A DNA stretch of 64,000 nt from Neocallimastix sp. 'constans' (taxonomy: Eukaryota): contig JBODTK010000001.1 in NCBI GenBank assembly GCA_050613775.1, positions 372,001 to 436,000 on the forward strand, given 5' to 3'. Shown here one piece after another: positions 58,393 to 64,000 of the stretch. The position numbers and the translations under genes are program-made. Under the pieces are notes generated by a model that saw only the letters and a program-made list of their open reading frames with translations, was not told the origin of the DNA and did not search any database. Within the stretch, counting starts at the first letter, position 1; each line of letters starts with the position of its first letter.

Positions 58393-58652
58393 GATATAAA
58401 CTAGTGTTACACTGACCCCCAAATATATCTGAAAAAGAATAATATATAGATATAAACTAGTGTAGTGATAACCCCTAAATATATCGGAATAATAAACAGT
58501 ATAGATATAAACTAGTGTTACACTGACCCCCAAATATATCTGAAAATAATAATATATAGATATAAACTAGTGTAGTGATAACCCCTAAATATATCGGAAT
58601 AATAAATAATATAGATATAAACTAGTGCTTTGTCTTGCCCCTAAATATATCT
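58393..58652. repeat. Five-unit ~55 bp tandem array (A-B-A-B-C) in the Gypsy 2 leader
   Basis: GATATAAACTAGTG starts at 58393, 58449, 58504, 58559 and 58614. Each is followed by a short variable segment and then CCCC(C/T)AAATATATC. Confidence 0.95.
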
Positions 58653-58889
58653 TGATAATTGTATTGTTCTTTACTTTCAAAAAAAAAATTTTTTAATGTA
58701 ATAGAATCTTCGAATTAAAGGTGTTGTTGTGTGCTTTTGTTATTATCAATTGGCAATCTGGTAGGAAACTTTTTCTGAGTTGACCGTAAGACGACTTTGA
58801 TATAACTCAATTAAAATTTAAAAATAAAAATATTATTTGTAAACAAAAAAAAAATTAAATATGTTTTATTAAAACAAAAAAAAAATAAT

Positions 58890-59215
58890 TTTTATGGAAT
58901 AATATACATATAAAAAGAGCATTTCCTGGAATTTTCCATATCCAATACTAAAAAGTAGGTATGTAGTGCTTGAATTACCACCAGCTTGCCTATTACGGTG
59001 TCATGTAGTAATCAAACCAGACGCTTCTGCTTTCAAATAAACAGAACGACCAGAGCTCAAGGATGACCTTTCAATTCTTGAGATAAATTAATCCGGAAAC
59101 TACCTACTGTTGGAATTTTAGTACTAGGTATGCTTCTAAACCGTACTAAATCCCTTTTTATATGTTTCCAATAAATTTTATTTTATTAAAGCTTCACCGG
59201 TAATTGCTTACCTAT
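58890..59215 (-). ncRNA. Putative structured RNA domain in the Gypsy 2 5' leader (cis-element)
   Basis: Nested complementary stems read by eye: ACATATAAAAAG/CTTTTTATATGT, TTTAGTAC/GTACTAAA, AGTAGGTA/TACCTACT, CTCAAG/CTTGAG, TTCTG/CAGAA and CACC/GGTG, plus a GGTAA-GCAA-TTACC tetraloop hairpin. Confidence 0.65.
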
Positions 59216-59311
59216 CACTTTAATATTAAAAAAAAAATTAACAAAAAAAAATTATTTTATTAGAAATATCACTATCCTATTATTGTTTACTCTATATTTA
59301 CGATTATTAAC

Positions 59312-59330
59312 TTCCCCGATATCTCCACCA
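59312..59330 (-). promoter_or_regulatory. Primer-binding site (tRNA-Ala type), probably of Gypsy 2
   Basis: The minus strand reads TGGTGGAGATATCGGGGAA. The plus strand TCCCCGATATCTCCACCA resembles the eukaryotic tRNA-Ala 3' end (TCCCCGGCATCTCCACCA). Confidence 0.75.
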
Positions 59331-61979
59331 CTTTTTATGTTGAGGTTCGGGACAGAATAATAATAAATATAGAAATAAACACTAAAATAAAAAAAAATTA
59401 AAAATTAAAATATATCTTTTTTTAAAATATTTTATTTATTTATTTAATAAAAATTATTCAATTAAAAACTAAAAATAAATTAATTTCTTTAATAAGATTA
59501 TATTTTTTTTTTTCATATTATTTTTCTAAAATACAATTTTCTCATCTATTTATATTTTTTTTTTTATCGTTAGAAATGGTCAAGCCATTTCTTTAGAATA
59601 TCTTAGAGTTACATGTTTGAATTGTATTTAAATTATAAATTCATAATCTATTCTATTATAATAAATAATTATTACATATTATTAAATTCTAAACTATTTA
59701 TTATTAATTGTAGTGATAATATATTTTAAAAATAATTTTATTACTTTTACAGAACTATTAGTAATAGAGTATTATTTAATTTTATACTATTTTTAAATAA
59801 AAGTATTTTAGATTATTATCTATTATTAATCTTATTATAAATAGGGTGTATTTTGGAAGGAAGTATTACTAATTTTAATGACAAGGATCATGGATTTAAG
59901 TAAATATTTTTAAATCATTATTAATTATATTAATTTTTATTAATAATAAATAATCTGTATTAGTAATATTTGTAAAATAAAATTTTCTTTAATAATAAAA
60001 TATTGATAGAATAAATCATATTAATAAAACTAGATATTGATAATAATATTGATATTAATAATATAGTATTAATTTTAATAATAAAGTATTGATATTAATA
60101 AAGAATTTATATTAATAATAATAAATTTAATATTAGTAATAATTTGGCAGTAATAGAACATAAGAAAGTTCCCCAAGTAAGGAAATAAATAATTTAATTT
60201 TAGTGGTTAAGTTATTTTTATGAAAAATAATAAAATTAACATTATTTGTTCATTCCTTAACAAAAATGTTATGGTTCGGGTTTTATTAGAATTTTTATTT
60301 TTAATTATTTATTTTTAATATTTTTCTGTCTACATTTTAATTATTGAAAAACTTCACTTATTTATACTTTTTGAAAAAAAATAAATATGTAAAGCCTTTC
60401 TACATTTTATTATCATATTAAAAAAAAAATAATTTACTATTACTAATTAATTAAAATTTTATATTAATTTAAATTAACTAATTCATAAGTATTTTTATTT
60501 TAATAAATTTTGTTTATATAATTTTATATTATTTTTCATATACTAAAACTAAATTATTTAATATATACGAAAAGTAACAAACAAAATTTAAAAAGATTTT
60601 ACAGAAAAATAAAGTTATTTTAATCAAGAATGTTAATATAATATTCTTATATTTTATATAAAATAAATTTAAAAACTATAATATATTTAATATTTATTAT
60701 TAATCAATTAAGATTTGATTTTATTTGTGGGAAATAAAAATATTAAATAATCAATTTAAAAATAAAATAAAATACTAAAAAAAATACAAGTTTAATATTG
60801 ATACAATATAATAATAATATAATAATATATTTGAAAATAAAAATAAAATATTAATATTGATAATAAACACTTTAATAAAATAATAAAATTTAAGGTTAAA
60901 TTATAGATATTGATTTAATAATAAAAATATAGAATTATTGATAATATTTTAGAAACTTTTAATAAAAATAAAAAAAAAAATATATTTAGAAAATATTTTA
61001 GTATAGAAAATATAGTAAAGTAATATTAAGTAAAGAATAATATAATGGATTCTAAAGTAAGTTGAAATTCTAATTAATAATCCATTATATGTTCGTTCTT
61101 TACCAAAATGATAAATAATAATAAATTAAACTATAAATATTAATAATAATAAATTATTATGAATTAATTAAATTAATTAAATTACTTAAATTACTTAAAT
61201 TACTTAAATTAATTAGAATAATATAATTAAATAAATTAAACTAAAAATCAATATTAAATATTTTTAGTAAATTATTATAATTATAAATAATTAATTTCCT
61301 AAATTAGTTTTATTTTTATTTTAATTATATTAATAACTTTTATATTATTTATTATAAAAGAAATATATTTAATATTTCTTTAAGTTATTATTATATATTC
61401 AATAATTGTTTTAATTATTATTTTTTTTATAATTAATTAAATTATTTTTATATATATGAATTCAATACTTTTAATTAAAATATAAGAATTATGCTTAAAT
61501 ATATTAAATAGTTTATTTTTGCAAACAAATATTACTTTATTTTAATTATTAAATATAAAAGAAAGAAAAATGTACTAAATAAAAATGTAACGATTATTAA
61601 AAATTTATTCTTAATAAAAAAAATAACATTTATTAAATTAAAATATAAAAAATTAATTTAGAGATTGTATCACGAAGGGCATTTCAGGCGGTAGCTTCTT
61701 CTTGATATTGTTTTTCCGAGAGAGAATTATACAGAATTGATATTTTCTGTATTTTAGATCATTTTTATTATTGAAATTCTTCTGTATTTTAGTTCATTTT
61801 TATTTTAATAAAGATTTAATTTATTTTTAATTTTTGTTTTATTTTTAGTTTATTTCAAAGGTTTTAGAAAATATTATACAGAAACTTATGATTCTGTATT
61901 TTATATCAAATATTTATTGAAATAGGTTTTTATTATTCTTAATATAAAAATAAGAATTAGTAATGATTTAAATATTATA

Positions 61980-62800
61980 TAATTTTTAATAAGAATATTT
62001 AGTAATAATTTTTATTATATTTAATATTAATAAAATATTTAATAATTATTTTTATTAGATTTGATATTAATAAAAGATTTTAATAAGAATATTTAATAAT
62101 AATTTTTATTATATTTAATATTAATAAAAGAATTTTATAAGAATATTTAATAATAATTTTTATTATAAAAGATTTTAATAAGAATATTTAATAATAATTT
62201 TTATTATATTTGATATTAATAAAAGATTTTAATAAGAATATTTAATAATAATTTTTATTATTTTTGATATTAATAAAAGAAATTTATAAGAATATTTAAT
62301 AATAATTTTTATTATATTTAATATTAATAAAAGATTTTTATTAGAATATTTAATAATAATTTTTATTATATTTGATATTAATAAAAGAAATTTATAAGAA
62401 TATTTAATAATAATTTTTATTATATTTAATATTAATAAAAGAATTTTATAAGAATATTTAATAATAATTTTTATTATATTTGATATTAATAAAAGAAATT
62501 TATAAGAATATTTAATAATAATTTTTATTATATTTAATATTAATAAAAGAATTTTATAAGAATATTTAATAATAATTTTTATTATATTTGATATTAATAA
62601 AAGAATTTTATAAGAATATTTAATAATAATTTTTATTATATTTAATATTAATAAAAGAAATTTATAAGAATATTTAATAATAATTTTTATTATATTTAAT
62701 ATTAATAAAAGAAATTTATAAGAATATTTAATAATAATTTTTATTATATTTGATATTAATAAAAGATTTTAATAAGAATATTTAATAATAATTTTATTTT
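61980..62800. repeat. Minisatellite, ~54-55 bp unit, ~15 copies
   Basis: TAAGAATATTTAATAATAATTTTTATTATATTT(G/A)ATATTAATAAAAGA... is repeated. Confidence 0.95.
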
Positions 62801-63399
62801 ATTATTATTAAGAGTATTTAATAGGAAATACAAGGTATTTAGTGACACCCCGTATTAAAATGTAAGAAATAATAATTATTTATTAATAAATAATTACTAT
62901 TTCTTAGTCTTTATAATTATTGATAATAATTATAAATTTATTTAAATTATAATTAATTCATACATTGAAATATTATTATCAAATTTATTAAAAATATAAT
63001 TATTCATACACTAAAATAATATTAAAAAATTTATTTAAATAACTATTATATATTCTTTTATTAATATTATTAATTTTATTTAGTTATTCATTTAATTATC
63101 AAGTTAATGTAAACATTAGTTTTATTTATTTTGTACATTGTACATTTAAAAGAACAATTAATAAGTTTCTGTATTTTTTAAAAATAGTTTTATGTTAATA
63201 AGTTTAGATTAGATTTTAAAAATAATATTTAGAAAATAGAATAATTTAGATCATTCCGGTTATTATTTATTTTTCCTTTTATTTGATGATCTAAATTAAA
63301 ATTTAGAAAATCGATATATTAAGGTTTTATCCAAATATAAAATAATATATTTGGTTTTACATAATATATACGATGATCGATATGAATAGAATATCGATC

Positions 63400-63585
63400 A
63401 AAACTTATCTAGTTTTTTCTTCTAATCTTTTTCTAGATAAGATAATTTTTAAGATTAGAAAAACTTTTTATTTAACCTTAATTTAATAAAAAAATATAAA
63501 AGGGCTCTTGATTTCTCTTTAAGAAATCAAGAGTTATTATTATAAAAATATAGTTATAATAATAGCAATTTTATATTTTAAACTT
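63400..63585 (+). repeat. Dispersed repeat homologous to 50450-50620
   Basis: Shared blocks are AAACTTAT.TAG.TTTTTCTTCTAATCTTTT and TTTAAGAAAT.AAGAGTTATTATTATAA. Confidence 0.75.
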
Positions 63586-63623
63586 TAATAAATTAATAAA
63601 ACATTTTATTCAAAAACATATTT

Positions 63624-64000
63624 TTTAAAACAAATTTATTCAAATATTCCTTCTTTTGCTCTTTGTGTTGTTATTATAATTAATTTTATAATAAACTCGT
63701 TTTTAGGTAAAATTTTTATATTTATTTTATTTCTCAACTTAATGAATTAGTCATTAAGTTGAAGTTAATAATCATATTTAGTGATAGAACTTAGTATGAT
63801 TATTACACAAAATGTAATAATTCTATTAAGAACTAACTCAAAATAGAATTATTAACTACAACTTAACGACTAATTCATTAAGTTGAGAAAATAAAATAAA
63901 ATAAATTTTTTTACCTTTAGAGTAGAGTTTATTATAAAATTAATTATAATAATAACACAAAAAGTAAGAAAAGAATTGTTTGTATAAATTGATTTTAAAA
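63624..64000. mobile_element. Foldback/MITE-like long inverted repeat
   Basis: 63624-63772 is the diverged reverse complement of 63848-64000. For example, TTCTCAACTTAATGAATTAGTC pairs with GACTAATTCATTAAGTTGAGAA. Confidence 0.85.

Larger units (their letters stand above)
55985..59340 (-). mobile_element. Ty3/Gypsy LTR retrotransposon 2 (long leader, internally deleted gag, protease, RT, RNase H; no integrase)
   Basis: Gag ATG at 58236 (MSSGSSPSTSNP...). The protease reads ALIDSCSNLNII. The RT reads PSYSEWSSPVVLV..PNGKWRMCV, DLYSGYHQI, MPFGLTNAPATFQR and FIDD. The RNase H reads IIRTDASYDGIGGVLLQ...ERNYGITDLEG. Frameshifts are present. Confidence 0.95.

Noticed and set aside
57892..58533. N-terminal ~100 aa of the 213-aa ORF as real protein
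   Set aside because: It is a translation of the tandem array. Gag more plausibly starts at ATG 58236.
58393..58652. CRISPR array
   Set aside because: The variable parts are about 9 nt and recur (A-B-A-B), there are no cas genes, and the context is a eukaryotic retrotransposon leader.
59136..59150. Group II intron domain V (GTACGGTTT on the minus strand)
   Set aside because: The 5' arm with the AGC triad is missing and the bases pair in a different local stem.
59312..59330. tRNA-Ala gene
   Set aside because: Only the 3' ~18 nt including CCA are present and there is no cloverleaf. It is a PBS, as is 49403-49419.
52735..62854. Tc1/mariner TIR pair (TACAGGTGTTC ... CACCCCGTA)
   Set aside because: The two ends are not convincingly reverse-complementary and no transposase is seen between them.

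Overview
Extremely AT-rich, intron-dense eukaryotic DNA. The gene content (CBM18 and ankyrin relics, a Cys-rich TM-anchored family, fungal two-spectrin-repeat alpha-actinin) fits an anaerobic gut fungus (Neocallimastigomycota); this is an inference. The window has three zones. (1) 1-11.2 kb is a graveyard of decayed fragments: a copia RNase H relic, a virus/linear-plasmid-type mRNA cap methyltransferase relic, Cys-rich and CBM18 pseudogenes, unidentified higher-GC relics and a LINE RT relic. (2) 11.6-43.7 kb holds host genes: alpha-actinin, a TM-SH3 protein, AP-1 sigma, a PH-REM-RasGEF, an RNF121-like RING-H2 ligase and an intronless bestrophin. (3) 44-64 kb is a repeat block with two truncated Ty3/Gypsy elements, LTR-like repeats, large inverted repeats, minisatellites and a foldback hairpin. 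The most notable observations are a U12-type AT-AC intron in the RasGEF gene (30920-31049), a large structured RNA with GNRA loops plus a five-unit hairpin array in the ~1.1 kb leader of one Gypsy element, the endogenised viral-type capping enzyme relic, and a 4-nt micro-exon in the RING gene. All exon models were assembled by eye and no database searches were run.
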